Shown: in pieces, positions 1-12,845 of the stretch
Layout of the letters: every line of letters starts with the position of its first letter
How positions within the stretch are numbered: position 1 is the stretch's first letter
Assembly: GCA_043228905.1 (NCBI GenBank)
Contig: JBHGNT010000018.1
Span: 11,160,001-11,224,000 of the forward strand
Direction of reading: 5' to 3'
DNA from: Azolla caroliniana
Lineage: Eukaryota > Plantae > Polypodiophyta
Length of the DNA: 64,000 nucleotides
Notes under the pieces: generated by a model
The model's database searches: none
What the model saw: only the letters and a program-made list of their open reading frames with translations
What the model was told of the DNA's origin: nothing
Position numbers and translations under genes: made by a program

Positions 1-88
1 CGATTTCCGCCGAATCAGTTTTCGGCTGGGTTGGCCCCGGTTGATCGACTCCCATGTGGATCTTCCTTCGTTTGGGCCAGAATCCTGG

Positions 89-1693
89 CTAGATCGTCTT
101 CTGGTTCGACCGGTTCTCGACTCTTCCTTCCCTCCCGCATGCCGCCTCTCCATCAAACTCAACCACGGCTTCATCCTTGGCCTCCTCATCGGCCACATCC
201 TTCCCTCCGTGTATGCTCGCCTCGAGCCATATTGTCTCCTCTCCGCCACCTCCTTTATCTTCGGCCTTATGTCGACACATGGTCTCGACTACTGAAGTCT
301 CCGGAACTAGTGTGAAGGAATCCCTTCGTTCATGCACATTTACTTTTTCTTCCTCATCGCCCTTCCGGTCCTCCGCTTTTCCATTGACACATTCCGTCTC
401 TCCGGTCTCACGTTGGCGCACGTGCACAACTGTTGAATTCTCTAGAATAGGTGTGGGGATATCCTTTCGTCCTCAATCTTCTTCCTCCTTGTGTTGGGCC
501 TTCATCTTCCCGTCGCCACCTACTGTCTCTCCGATCTCACGTTGGCACACGGGCGCAACCGCCGAAGTCTTTGGAACAAGTGTGGAGAAAGTCTCAGCAT
601 GGCTATCCACCGTCGACTCGTCCATAGCCACCTCTGACTCGATGTCGTTTGTCATGGCTACCTCCTCAATCACTTCGAACTCAAACACTTTATCTCCCTC
701 TATCATGCAAGCTTTTCTCATGCTTGCACCTTCATCACCTGATGTTTCGTACACAATGCGTGTTCCGAAACATTTATCCTCCCTCGAAGTGGCATTCACT
801 ATCCTCGAGTCATCGGCCTCCTCCTTGGTCATTGTTTCTTCGTAAGACAAGAAGGTGACTTGTTTCACACCTTCTCTCTCGGTACCGTCATACCGAACCT
901 GAGCCTTTGTATCAGCCACTTCATTAACCCGCATTTGTTGGGAGGTCTCTTCTTCCTTGATCACCATTCGCCTCGGTTTTGTCTCCCTTTTAAGCTTCAT
1001 TTTTTTTGTTGGTGGCGCATTGCTGCATCTCGTCCCTCTTTGATTGTCCCTCATGGGCCGTCTTGTTGTCGTCGATATTCTCGCTCGCCCCTTATCGTGT
1101 AGTCAGCATACACTTTCCACTTTGCTCCAATCCTCGATGAGGCCATTTGCACCGTCATCTTCTTCGAGTTTGAGGCTGATGGCCATCCTTTCCATTCGAT
1201 CGATTGACTTCACGAACATAAGGACCTTATCGACCCCCACCAAACTTTGTTCCCGCTCCGAGAGTTGAGAAAAACGACGCTCGAGGTCTATGAATGCTTG
1301 TGTCGCACCTTGGTGGGTCTTCGCCGATGTCACCCATTGGTCGAAGTTGCGTCGATCTCGTCCCTTCAGTCTCTCATAGCCATATTCCTCCAATAGAGCC
1401 TTCTCGAAAGTCGCCCACGAATCATGAGCTTCTAGAAGCTCGTTTACATCTTTGAAGATCGGTTGAGACACCACCCGACAAAAGTACTCCAGCCTCATAG
1501 CTTCGTCCACACCTCTTGAATCCATCTCCGCATTGTAGACTTTTAGAAAACTTTGGACTTCGGCGCCGTTGAAATAGCTCACTCGCTCGACTACCCTGTT
1601 GATGGCTTGTTGGGCTTCATTTCGTCTTTTCCCTTCTCTCAGAAACTCCATCATCCTTTTTGACATTGCCTCCATGAGATATTCACCATCCAT
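89..1693 (-). pseudogene. gag: Gag-like frame of copy Z with in-frame stops and an acidic low-complexity C-terminal half
   Basis: ORFs 1103-1693, 473-1054 and 89-427 share one frame, separated by single stop codons. LMFVKSID...LEEDDGANGLIEDW matches LLFVKSVD...LETEDGLTADW of the other copies. Confidence 0.7.
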
Positions 1694-1714
1694 ATTCGTC
1701 CTCCCCTGCTGCTC

Positions 1715-1732
1715 TTCACGTCAGGTTCACCA
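1715..1732 (-). promoter_or_regulatory. Primer binding site, tRNA-Trp type
   Basis: TGGTGAACCTGACGTGAA on the minus strand, a few nt after the LTR end. It is complementary (1 mismatch) to the plant tRNA-Trp 3' end ...TTCACGTCGGGTTCACCA. Confidence 0.85.
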
Positions 1733-1737
1733 AATGA

Positions 1738-2352
1738 TGTCGCGAAGATTCGCGTGTGCGTGTGCTACTCGAGCGACCACCGGGGTCTTGGACTAGGGAG
1801 GATGTTCATAGAATTATCGAAGAGATGACGATCAATGTGAGATTAGATGAAATTTGTTGACTTGAGAAGAAGAAAGATTGTACACTTGAGAAGTAGAAAA
1901 ATATGACGAAGATAAAGACAAATATAAGTATATTGATGATAGTGGTGTTGGTGATATCACATATTGAGCCCCCCTTTACGCAAGCTCCACTAGGGTTTTT
2001 ATAGTGCTCTTGATGCACAAAACCATGGGTTTAGAACCCATGGTTTTGGGGACACGGTTTTGCTTATGACATGCACAATCCATGGGTTTAGAACCATGGT
2101 TTTGTGCACATGGATTTCTATGGTTCTTTCATCTATAATTCGTATATTAAAAGGAAATACATAAAATCTAAACTATGTGATAGTTGTCCTAGTGGTAAGG
2201 CAAACATCTTGTATCTTAGAGGTGCAAGGTTCAAACTTTGCTTATTTGCCACTAGGCCTTAGTCTTATTTGCTAAGTGTATGTGCAATGTTGCACATCCT
2301 TGTATTATTCGTCTCACTCGGTTTCACACCATAGCCGAAAATCATCATGACA
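1738..2352 (-). repeat. 5' LTR of gypsy copy Z (AT-rich LTR variant)
   Basis: Minus strand starts TGTCATGATGATTTTCGGCTATGGTGTGAAA (cf. LTR at 27339) and ends CTTCGCGACA next to the PBS. Confidence 0.85.
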
Positions 2353-3807
2353 ACGCCTAGTGCGAAAATATCGTCAAAGTCGACACCCTTTTTCTGTTGA
2401 AACCCTGTCACCACAATGTAGGCTTTATATTTGGGTGTGTTGTTGACTTCTCCAGTCTTTACCTTGTAGAACTATTTATTTCTGAGTGCTCTCTTACCTT
2501 TTCGTAGCTCCACCAAGTCATAAGTATAGTTTTCGTGCAAGGAGTCCATCTTGTCTTGCATCACACTCTACCATTTCTCCTTATGCTCGTCGGCAATGAC
2601 TTCATCATAGCACTCACGCTCACCTTCATTAGTCAAGAGAATGTATTGACTGGCATATGTTGTAGGTGCTCTCCTTTCTTTGAGTGGGTATCTCCTTCCA
2701 CTCGTTGTCGGTTCCAATTTAGACATCTTTGCTGACTCTTCTCTTGGCTCAGCTTCATATGTGTCAATCGGTCGTTGAGGGTTAGTTGATTCCAACTCGT
2801 ATTCCTCGATTGACTTCAATAGGTCCGCCAACTTCGACTCATCTGTGTTAGTCGGTTGCTCCAAGTCGATCGACTTGGATTCAGCTGTGCCGACTGTGTC
2901 GGTTCACTTGGCCTTATGTCGGTGGTAGTGGGAGTTGACTGGGAAGTCGATTCTGACTTCTGTTGCTTCCAATCCTCAATCCTCTCATCTTCCAAGAAGA
3001 CTACATCTCAACTCCTCACTACTTTCTTATCGACTAAGTCCCACAACCTATAGCCGAACTCGTACTTTGAGTATCCCATGAATATGCGTGGTTTCAACTT
3101 ATTGTCGAGCTTCGACCTCTCATCCTTAGCCACATGCATATACACTAAGCATCCGAACACCCTCAAGTGTTGGTAGGAGACTTCTTTTCTTGTCCACACC
3201 CTCTGTGGGACATTACCTTTCAATGGTACTGAGGGAGACTTGTTTTATTAGATAAATAGTTGTATACATCGCCTTCGCCTAGTATGTTTCTGGCAGCTTA
3301 GCATGCACTCTTTCCATTATCGTCCGATTCATCCTCCCTGCAAGCTTGTTTAGATCAGGGGTCTTTGGTACACTATATTTGATTAGAATACCTTGGGCCT
3401 TGCAATATTCTTTGAACTGCCCTTTATATTCGCCACAATTGTCAGTTTGGACAACCTTCAACTTCCGGCTCGACTCTCATTCAGTTCTTGCCTGGAACTC
3501 CTTGAACATTGACAATACTTGATCCTTCGACTTCAATGCGAAGGCCCATTGCTTCCGACTATAGTAATCAATAAACGTTACCAAGTATTGTCCACCTCGA
3601 TGCGATGGAGCATCTACGTAGCACACATTCGTGTGTACTAGTTCCAGTGTGACTTATCTTCTTCTTGGTGGTCTTCTGTGGAATGCGGTTATGTTCTGCT
3701 TTCCAACGAAGCAGTCGACACACTTCTCCAAGTGTACTCCTTTCACTTCTGGGAGAAGTTCATGGTTGGCTAGGATATGCATTCCCTTTTCACTCATGTG
3801 GCCTAGC
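2353..3807 (-). pseudogene. pol: Ty1/copia element G: degenerate GAG-pre-integrase, integrase and start of RT
   Basis: [41 protein letters not shown] and FDDIFA motifs, with stops and frameshifts. Confidence 0.85.
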
Positions 3808-4110
3808 GCTTGAATAACCAAAGACAGGTTTTCTGGGGAGAGTGGAGACGATATAACTAATGATACCAAGTCCTGACGGAATAAAAGTATGAACCTCTAG
3901 ATAAACGGGGAACCGAGAAGGATGATAGTATAAGATAGGGTCCCCTCCTCCAACAGGGTCAGAAGAGATAATATTAGAGTTTCAATCGGTTGACGACATG
4001 GTAATTGCACCCGCATGTATGAGAGGAGGTGGTAAAGGTAGGAATGTTGTCACTGAAACAAACTGAACGGATAGGGATAATCTATGCATGGTATTTCCGG
4101 GTCCGCGCGT
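3808..4110 (-). pseudogene. cox1: NUMT: mitochondrial cox1 fragment, 3' part, in unedited (genomic) form
   Basis: Minus-strand translation [99 protein letters not shown]. It is gap-free colinear with plant COX1 [100 protein letters not shown]. Confidence 0.95.
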
Positions 4111-4728
4111 TGTTGCGAAGTTTCGCGTTCGTGTGTAGGAAGAGGCGGGACCACGGGGGACTTGGACCAAGGAGAGAGTGAGAGAGAGAGACAGATTTGC
4201 AGATACATAGAAGGAAAACAAGAGCAAGAAACAGGAATCCGATTACTATAATCAGTAGCTTACAAATCGAACGGTTACAACCGGCAAACCGGTAATGGAC
4301 CTAACACAGGGTCCTACTCACGCACACAGACGACAGCCACTCGACTCAAAGAAACAAAGGGGGGGGGGGAGCCTCTGCTGGAATCACACGGGCTGTCCAC
4401 AAAGCAGAGGCAGCGAACTCCCGGCACCCACAGAGAACAACGGTCAGAGGAGAGAGAGCTCAACACTCGGTTCTGCAGCAGCACTTCCTCCTCGCCAACG
4501 CGCGATCCCTTTTTCTCCCTTCTCTCCCTCCTTAAATAGTCTATTCCCTGCCCCCTCTCCATAGAGATACGCACAAAATCCCTAATAGATGTGTACTACC
4601 TAGTATTTACATCAGCCGACCTAGTTATGAATCATGTACAAAATATCAATTCTCGCGTCCTCCCATGTAAGAGCCGGTTCATGTGCCTTTTTCTCCGATT
4701 CTGCCTATGGCCGGTTTTCTTCACGACA
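4111..4728 (-). repeat. 3' LTR of gypsy A
   Basis: Near-identical to 39824-40439; TG...CA termini; adjacent to the PPT. Confidence 0.92.
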
Positions 4729-4796
4729 TCCACCCCCACCAAACCGCGCATCCACCAGCATGCGCCAGAGACGGGTAGATACCGAAGAAATCGGCT

Positions 4797-7578
4797 TCAC
4801 TCGTCGGTCTCCGATTCTTCACCAGGCCCGAACCGATCGTCGTCGTCGCTCTCGCTCGCCGGCTCCAGCTTGTCTTCAAACCGCTTCTTGAACACTTTGA
4901 TCCGCTTCCCGGCCACTGGTACCGCTAACCGTGTCCCGTCGAGTTCCGCGAGGTGGTACGTGCCGTTGTCGTTTGCGCTCGTCACCGTGTAGGGCCCGAA
5001 TCATCTCCTCGCGAACTTTCGCACCGCCTTGTGCTGATTGTCAAGGCTGCTGTTCTACACCAAGACCCAATCACCTTCCTCGATCTTCTTTGGTCGCAAG
5101 CGGTCCGGTTGAATCGGGTCTTATTCCGCTCCCTTGCCGCCCGCAACTTTTCCTTCGCCCTTTTCATCTCCTCCAGCCTCCGCTCGAGTTGCCGAATCCG
5201 CACCGCCAGCAACTCCTCCCGGCTCATCTCGTCCTTCCAATCTACTGCCGCCCACGAAGATACCGTCCGTTCCACCGGCATGATCGGCTTCTGTCCATAC
5301 ATAAGCTCTGCCGGCATAAACCCTGTCACCGAACTGTGCGTAGTTTGGTCCGCCCATAGTGCGTAAGGAAGGAGCCGTGGCCAATTCCCGACCTGCCCTC
5401 CGCATGCACGCACTAACGCCTTTACGATTGGCCCGTGCCCACGTTCTACCTTCCCGTTCACCTCCGGGTTGTATGCCGTAGTGAGGGAGAGTTTGACCCC
5501 TAGCCGGTCGAATAGCTCCTCAGCTTCCCGCGCATCTAGCTCTCCCTAGTCCGCCACGATCCTCCCGACGCACCCGTACCGACACACTACCTCTTCGATT
5601 AGGAACCGGCATACTGCTGCGGTTGTCTTGTTCTGCAGTGCACGACCTTCCACCTAGTTCGTTAAGTCTTGCCGCGCAAGCACCAGGTATCGCATCTGTC
5701 CTACTCCCATCGACATTGTCACCAAGTCTACCATCCACTTGAAATGGACCGTACGCGGGTAGGTCGTGTGTAGCTCTTCCCGATGTCGGACTACGGAGTG
5801 CATCTAACAGCTTTCGCAAGTCGTTACGAACCGATGCACGTCCCGGTACAGCCCCGACCACCAGTACTTCTCCTTCAGCTTCTCGAATGTGGCCCATGTT
5901 CCGCGGTGCTCGTCCCAGGGACTCTCGTGAAATGCCGCCAGTAATTCCTCATGTTCTTCTTTCTTTACCACTACTCGGAGTGGGATGTCGTTTCTTTTCT
6001 TTGGGTGCCTCCATATGCACCCGTCCCGTAGGAAGAATCGGTACGCCTTCTTCCGTACCCGGCTCACCTCTTCTCTCGTCCACGCTACGTCCCGCGTCAT
6101 CGCCCGTAGGAACCTCCCGATTTGGAGCCACTCCCCGTCGTACCTGCTTTCGTCGAATTCGTTAAGCGTTGGAGTGTCCCCTTTCCTCATCGTCACGTTA
6201 GCCGACCCGAAGAAGTCCTCGCCGACTTCTTCGTCATCCGAAACCATGCCGTCTTCGTCGTTGAACCTTGCTCTCGAAAGCATGTCGGGCATGGCGTTAT
6301 CTTTTTCGGAGATGTGTCGTATCTCCGGGTTCAGGGACTTAATGTACGCTGTCCACCGGAGCATTGCTAGGTCCGACGTCACGCATCTGGAAACCATGCC
6401 GAGTATCGGCAGGCAGTCCGTCTCGATGATCACTTCCGTCCCGATTAGATAGTCCTTGTCGGCCTTGACTACCGAAACGATACCCCAAAGCTTGTGCTTA
6501 ACTTGGGCGTATCCTTGCTGCCGCTCGCTCAATACCTTTGCCCCAAACCGGATCGGGAATCGTACGCCGTCCTTGTCCTCCTGACTAATTACCCACTCGA
6601 TCCCGGTCGGGCTCGTGTCCACCGTCATGCAAATGGGGACATCCTTGCCGTAAACCGCTTTTCGGAGGGCCAGTGCTACCGTAAGCGCCTCCTTTAGTCT
6701 CTGAACCGACTCCGTGTGCTCCGTCCTCCACTCAAACCTACGCCCTTTCTTCAATAGCCCGTAGAGCGGCTCCACAACATGCGCATAGTGCAGAATCCAG
6801 ATGTGGTAGACCATGCATGCCCCCAAGAATCTGCGGACCTCCGTACCGACCCGCAGTCGTCCCTCATTGTGGAGATGGCTTCTACCTTTGCCAGAGACGG
6901 TTTCCTACCGTAAGACCCGCACAGGTGTCCGACCACCAAGATCTCCGACTGCCCGAACGCCGATTTTTCTCCGGAGAAGGTGAGTTGTGCACTCCCGAGC
7001 CTCTGCAACACCTTCTCGCAGTCGCTGATGTGGTTCACGACGAACCTCCGGCATCCGTCTGGCCCAATAGTCTCGTCCGCATCTTCCACCGGACACCCCT
7101 TTATCGGGATGTCTTCCAAGAATGGCATGGTGATGTCCGGGATGCAGTCCCTTAGCACCTTGTTCATTGTGTTCACCATATGCGCCACCGAATTCGTCCC
7201 GCCTTGTGGTCGGGTACACATCCGTACTAGGCCGAGAGGAGTTCGCATTGTCGTGATATCCCTGCTCTCCACGGCTAGCTGGAACTGGTCGTACCCCGAG
7301 TATAAGTCACCGACTGAATAGATCGACCTTCCAGCGAAGGCCTCCGCGAACTCGTCTATGGTCGGTCCGATTCCTGCATTACGGATGGTCACCCTGTTGA
7401 CCGGTTGCAGGTCCTGAATGAAGCGCAGCATGCCGTTCTTCTTCGGCACCGTAAACCACCAATTCGAATACGGGGCACTGGACGGTTCGAGGATGCCCAT
7501 CTCCACCCTTTGCTTCAGGAGCTCCATCAACTTCGGGATGTGAGCTCTCGGCACTGGAATTGGTTTGAGATTCCACGG
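4797..7578 (-). pseudogene. pol: pol of gypsy A: RT, RNase H, integrase (frameshifts and stops)
   Basis: PWNLKPIPVP...DLYSGYDQF...MPFLEDIPIKG (RT), VDTSPTGI...IETDCLP (RNase H), HRG...CESC and NGKVERGH (integrase). Confidence 0.92.
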
Positions 7579-8267
7579 TGACAGGAACTTCACGTTCCCG
7601 ATGAACAACGCTCGGCCACAACCGAGTCTAAAATCAAACACAGAAAACGAGTAATGAAACGCGCGACACAAAGGAGAGAAGAGTACACGGGATGTTTAAC
7701 GTGGAAAACCCTGAGAGGGAAAAACCATGGGAGTCCACAAACTCCAAACTATCACTATGTCACAATGATTACAACAGTGAGCTCACGGAGGCAACGACCT
7801 CGTGCTCACAATCTTCGCCATAGGCGGCGGTTACAACAGAGGCAACGACCTCTTTCTCTCTCTGTACACTGTTACGCGCTCTCTATTCTTGCACCAACAA
7901 GAATGACAACAACTGTTTCATCTATTTGCCCTAAGTCATATTTATACTAATATGACTTTTCGGCTATTTACAAATATAGCCTCGATGGACTCTCAGAAAC
8001 ATATTTACGAATATGTCTCTTCATCCGGTGAGCACTTCTCACCGGGCCTTCACCATCCGGCTCTTGCCGGGTACTCCTCATCCGGTTCCCACCGGGTCTT
8101 CCGTAGCCGGGTACTCTTCATCTGGTTTCACATCGGGTCTTCACCATCCGGCTCTTGCCGGGTACTCTTCATCCGGTTCCCACTGGGTCTTCTATAGCCG
8201 GGTCTACCACATCCGGTTTTGGTACTGTTCTTCTCACTTCCCATCCGGAGGGACCTGTTTCCTAACA
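7579..8267 (-). repeat. 3' LTR of copia H with ~50-bp tandem subrepeats (8041-8215)
   Basis: TGTTAGG...GTCA termini on the minus strand; homologous to LTRs 55031-55636 and 59739-60379. Confidence 0.85.
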
Positions 8268-8276
8268 AACTCCCCC

Positions 8277-11200
8277 TTCACTCCGGCATGGGATGTCTTA
8301 CTAGTCCGATCCGCTTCCGGCATGCATCCAGCTTGTCGAGTATCAGTACTTTGGTCAGCATATCTGACCCGTTCTCGGTCGTGCGGATCTTCGTCAACGC
8401 GAACTCCTGATCATCTACTCTTTCCCGGATCTAGTGATACCTTCGTTGGATATGCTTCGTTTGGGAATGGTAGGCCGCATTCTTAGCAAGGTGGATGGCA
8501 GTTTGACTGTCGCAATAGAGCCGGTATTCATCTTGCTGGATACCGAGCTCTCTGATGAAGTCCTTCATCCATAATATTTCCTTGCCAGCTTCCAAAACCG
8601 CCATGTACTCCGCCTCTGTGGTTGACAACGCAACCGTCTTCTGCAGCCTCGACTGCCACGAAACAGCTCCCCCTGCATATGTCATTACATACCCGGATGT
8701 AGACCGGCTAGTATCCACATCAGTCGACATGTCCGAATCGGTAAAACTGTCAAGTTGAGGTTTACCGGAGCCGAATCAGAGACACATGTTCGAAGTGCCG
8801 TTCAAGTACCGGAGTATCCATTTGACCGCGTTCCAGTGCTCCTTGTCGGGATTGCTCATGAACCGGCTCACCACTCCGACTGCGTATCCTATATCCGGTC
8901 GGGTACACACCATTGCGTACATTAGGCTCCCGACGGTAGAGGCATATGGAACCTTCATCATATCAGCCTTCTCTGCTTTCGTCTTCGGGCTTTGCTTACC
9001 GGATAACCTGCAGTTTGCCGAAAGTGTCGATCCGACTGGTTTCGCATTTGACATGTTGAACCGTTGAAGCACCTTTGTCACGTATTTCTCCTGTGACAGC
9101 CACAACTGCTTCGTTGGCCAGTTCCGGATGATATGCATCCCCAACATCTATCTCGCCGGACCCAAGTCTTTCATCGCGAAGGTTCGGGTGAGAGCCTTCT
9201 TCAGCATCCGTATTTTGGCTTGGTCCCGTCCGACGATCAACATGTCGTCCACGTACAGAAGGAGCATTAGGAAGTCGCCTCCTTCGAACTTCTTCACAAA
9301 CACGCAGTGATCGGCTTGCATCTTGTGGTACCCTTGATCGGTCATGAAGGAGTCGAACTTCCGGTACCATTGCCGGGGGGCCTGCTTCAACCCGTAGAGG
9401 CTCTTCTTCAACCGGCAAACCAGGTGCTCCTTCCCTTTCTCCACGAATCCTTCCGGTAGCTGCATGTAGATCTCCTCTTCGAGGTCACCGTGAAGGAATG
9501 TCGTCTTCACGTCCAACTGCTCTACGTCGAGGTTCATGCTTGCCACTATACTCAGCACCGTCCGGATGGAGGTCATCTTTACTACCGGGGCAAATATCTC
9601 GTCGAAGTCCACGCCCTTCTTTTGCTGGAACCCCTTCACCACAATCCTGGCTTTGTATCTTGGGGGGTTGCCGGCATATCCCGGTTTCAACTTGTACACC
9701 AATTTGTTACGGAGTGCCCGCTTTCCTTTCGGCAACTCCACCAATTCGTATGTATGGTTCTCATGCAGGGAATCCATCTCATCGTGCATGGCACTTAACC
9801 ATTTGCGGTTGTGGGTGTCATCCTTCACTTCTTCGAAGCTTTCTGGCTCCCCCTCATCGGTTAGCAGCACATGCTCTGCATCCGGAAATCTCCGGGGGGG
9901 CCTTCTCTCTCTGAGAGGATATCTCCATCTTTGGGCTTCGGTAACCGGCTCCTCCATTTGCTCTTCATCCGAATCCGATTTCATCTTCCTCTACTTCTTC
10001 TTCTGCCAGTTCGGCATCCTCACTGTAACCGGCTGGTTCCTCGAGTGCTGACCGGTCTCTTGTCGGTTGGGTCTGTTGATCGTAGAATCGATCCTTACCA
10101 GTCGACTCGTAGTTCATTATCTTCTTCTCCGACTCCCAGTCGGTGAGCGTCTTGTCCTCCATGAAGATAATATCTCGACTCCGGAATACCTTCTTGTCAA
10201 CCGGGTCCCACACTCGGTAGCCGAACTCATCGTCGCCGTAACCGAGGAATATGCATGGCCGGGTCTTTGGATCTAACTTTCCTCTCCGGTCCTTAGCTAC
10301 ATGCACGTACGTGAGACACCCGAACACCTTCAGATGCCGGTAGGACACTTCCTTACCGGTCCAGACTCTCTGTGGCGTGTCTCCGTCCAAGGGTACTGAG
10401 GGTGATCTGTTTATCAAATATGTCGCCGTCGAAAGTGCCTCAGCCCAAAACTTCTTGGGTAATTTTGCATGCGCCAGCATACTCTGGACCCTCTCCATTA
10501 TGGTCCGGTTCATCCTCTCGGCCAACCCGTTTAGTTCCGATGTCTTCGGCACGGTAAATTTGAGCCGGATTCCCTTCGAGCGGTAGTACTCCTCGAACTG
10601 CCCCCGGTATTCTCCTCCGTTATCTGCTCGAACCACCTTCAACTTCCGGCCGGTTTCTCTTTCCACTCTCGCGTGGAGCTCTTTGAAGACAGATAACACC
10701 TGATCCTTCGTCTTCAACGGTGTGGCCCACAACTTCTGGCTGTGGTCATCTATGAACGTCATGAAGTACTGCGATCCTGCATGTGACTTCGTGTCCACTT
10801 GAAACAAATCAGTATGCACCAACTCCAGTGGTGCATTACGTCTCATCGGTGGCCTCGATCGGAAGGAGGTTCGGTTTTGCTTACCGGCCAGACAATCAGT
10901 GCACTTCTCCAAGTGCACGTTCTTCAATGGAATGAGGTTGTTGTCTGCAAGCCTCTTCATCCCCTTCTCGCTCATGTGACACAACCTCTTGTGCCACAGC
11001 TCACCGGTAGTGTCGGATGCCATGTTCACTTCCTCTGGACATAACCGGGCATTCATTATGTACAATGTGTTGACCTTTCGAGCCCGAGCCATAATCAGGC
11101 TCCCTTTGCTGAACTTCATAACCTCGTTCCGGATGCTACCCATGTAGCCTTCATCATCTAGCCGACCGGCTGATATCAGGTTCAGACGAACCTCCGGAAC

Positions 11201-12258
11201 GTGTCGGACATCCTTCAACAGCAGCTTGCATCCGGTTGGTGTTGTCAACCACACGTCTCCTATGCCGACAATTCGGCATGTACCTTCATTCCCCATCCGG
11301 ACACAGCCGTGATCACCGACTGAGTAGGATGAGAAGCATTTCCGGTTCGAGGTAAGGTGGAATGACTCTCCAGAGTCGACCACCCAGGTCATCTCATCGC
11401 CGGCAAGGTTTAGCTCACTCTCCTCGGTGATGAGCATCAACTCTTCTTCACTTGCCGTGATTGCCGCCGTTCCCTTCCGGTCCGACCCCCTCCGGTCTTT
11501 ACCATTCCGGTCTGGTGTCCGCTTCGAATCGGTACCGTCGGTTTCCTTGTCTTTTCGGAAATGCCGACAGTTCTTCTGGAAGTGTCCTGGCTTGCCACAA
11601 TAGAAGCAAGTAGGCCTCCCCCTTGACTTTGACCGTGTCCCTGACTTTTCCCGGTTCTGGGGACTACGGTTCCTATGTCTTCCGCGTTCCGATTCGGTAA
11701 GGAGCGCTTTGGAGTCGGAGCTCGTATCCTTATCTTTCCGACGCGCCTCCTCATCTAGCAAGCTCGACTTCACTCTTGCTAGGGATAACTGTTTCCCTTT
11801 CGGCCTGGCGTTGCCCAAAGTGACAACCAACGTCTCCCAGCTATCCGGGAGGGAACCGAGCAAGAGTAGCGCTAGTACCTCATCAGCGAGAGGCACTTCC
11901 AATGAAGTTGCTTGGTGTATCAGCCCCTGGAAGGCATTCATGTGCTCCGCCATGCTGGAGCCATCTTGGTACCGGAGTCTTACTAGCTTCCGGAACACCG
12001 AAACCTGATTAACAACATTTTTGTTTTGAAACATAATGTCAATCTTCTCCCAGAGCTCATGAGCCTTGCTCTCTTCATTGAAGTTGTTGTATAGGCTCAT
12101 GTCGATGAAGCACCGTATGTACGCTGTTGTCTTCATGTGCATCACCTCCCATATCGTGGCGTTGATCTTGTCCGGCCTCTTGTCCCCGAACTAAACCGGC
12201 AACCAAAGATCTTTAACCACGAGCATGTCCCTCATCTTTGACTTCCATACTGAATAGT
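8277..12258 (-). pseudogene. gag-pol: Gag-Pol polyprotein of copia H, disrupted
   Basis: CFYCGKPGHFQKNC knuckle, WVVDSGES protease, RADNGGEY integrase, QLDVKTTFLHG and YVDD RT, YCDSQTAI RNase H. Frameshift near 9970; stops at 9148 and 8431. Confidence 0.92.
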
Positions 12259-12260
12259 TC

Positions 12261-12845
12261 CCATCGAACTAACCGGAACGGTCCGGTCTTCTCTAAGGTC
12301 TTCACCGATCACCTTTTGCAACTCGCCCAAGGTGTCGTCAAAAGAGACCGCCTCCACGACACCGCTGATTTTTTCGTCGGGGGAGAGGACTCTGCATCCC
12401 CTGAGCCGCTCCTCCGCTCGCTTCCTCTACCGGCCCATGACGCCGGCTATAGTACAACCTCCATTTCCGGCGAACCAAAACTTCCTACCTACTGTACATG
12501 TGTGGGGTTCTTCCGGTACGTCCGGACTACCGCGGCCCCATGCCTTGATAGCCCTCTCTAAAAATCCCCTCGGTTGTTGTCGCCGAGGGTCTCGCGATTC
12601 CTCTCATGGTTCGGACATACAATCATGAGCTGGACGGAATGCCAACCGTCTTGGCTCTTAATGTGCGTGTACACCGAACCGTTGTCCATCACCTTCGTCT
12701 CCATGCATGCTGTCGTAATGTACGGTTCGCCGAGAATCACCGGGTGCGAGGATGTTTCCTGCACGAAGAAATGTTGATCTATCTCGACGTCACCGATCTT
12801 TACGCGTACATTCGAGCACGCACCATGAACTCCTCCGTAGCACGC
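12261..12845 (-). pseudogene. Gypsy A protease C-terminus, frameshift site and start of pol frame
   Basis: FFVQETSSHPVILGEPY...RETLGDNNRGDF* (12558-12764), followed in the -1 frame by LERAIKAWGRGSPD. Confidence 0.85.
12502..12567 (-). promoter_or_regulatory. Putative -1 ribosomal frameshift element, copy A
   Basis: G GAT TTT TAG followed by the stem GGGCTATC/GGTAGTCC, with loop TGGGG able to pair with downstream CCCCA. Confidence 0.75.

Larger units (their letters stand above)
1..2352 (-). mobile_element. Ty3/gypsy LTR retrotransposon copy Z (tRNA-Trp family), 5' part; continues off the left edge; inserted into copia G
   Basis: 5' LTR 1738-2352, tRNA-Trp-type PBS at 1715-1732, then a gag-like frame homologous to the Gag N-terminus of copies A and C (FNGAEVQSFLKVYNAEM vs FSGKDATKYLASYGAEM). 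Confidence 0.85.
7579..12260 (-). mobile_element. Ty1/copia element H (Tnt1/Tork-like), 5'-truncated, inserted in gypsy A pol
   Basis: 3' LTR 7579-8267, PPT GGAGTGAAGGGGGAG, gag-PR-INT ORF 9965-12145, RT (LYVDDML) 9148-9984, RNase H 8431-8730. The 5' LTR and PBS are missing, together with a piece of A pol. Confidence 0.92.

Noticed and set aside
2185-2241. Possible tRNA genes here and at 28017-28073 and 62492-62687
   Set aside because: No acceptor or anticodon stems form; reported only as tRNA-like modules.
3808-4110. Functional nuclear cox1 or contaminating mitochondrial contig
   Set aside because: Only 337 bp, unedited, with a stop, and joined on both sides to copia codons and to a TSD-flanked gypsy element.
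8041-8215. CRISPR-like periodic repeats here and at 45085-45415 and 55395-55505
   Set aside because: Tandem units without unique spacers, inside eukaryotic retroelements.
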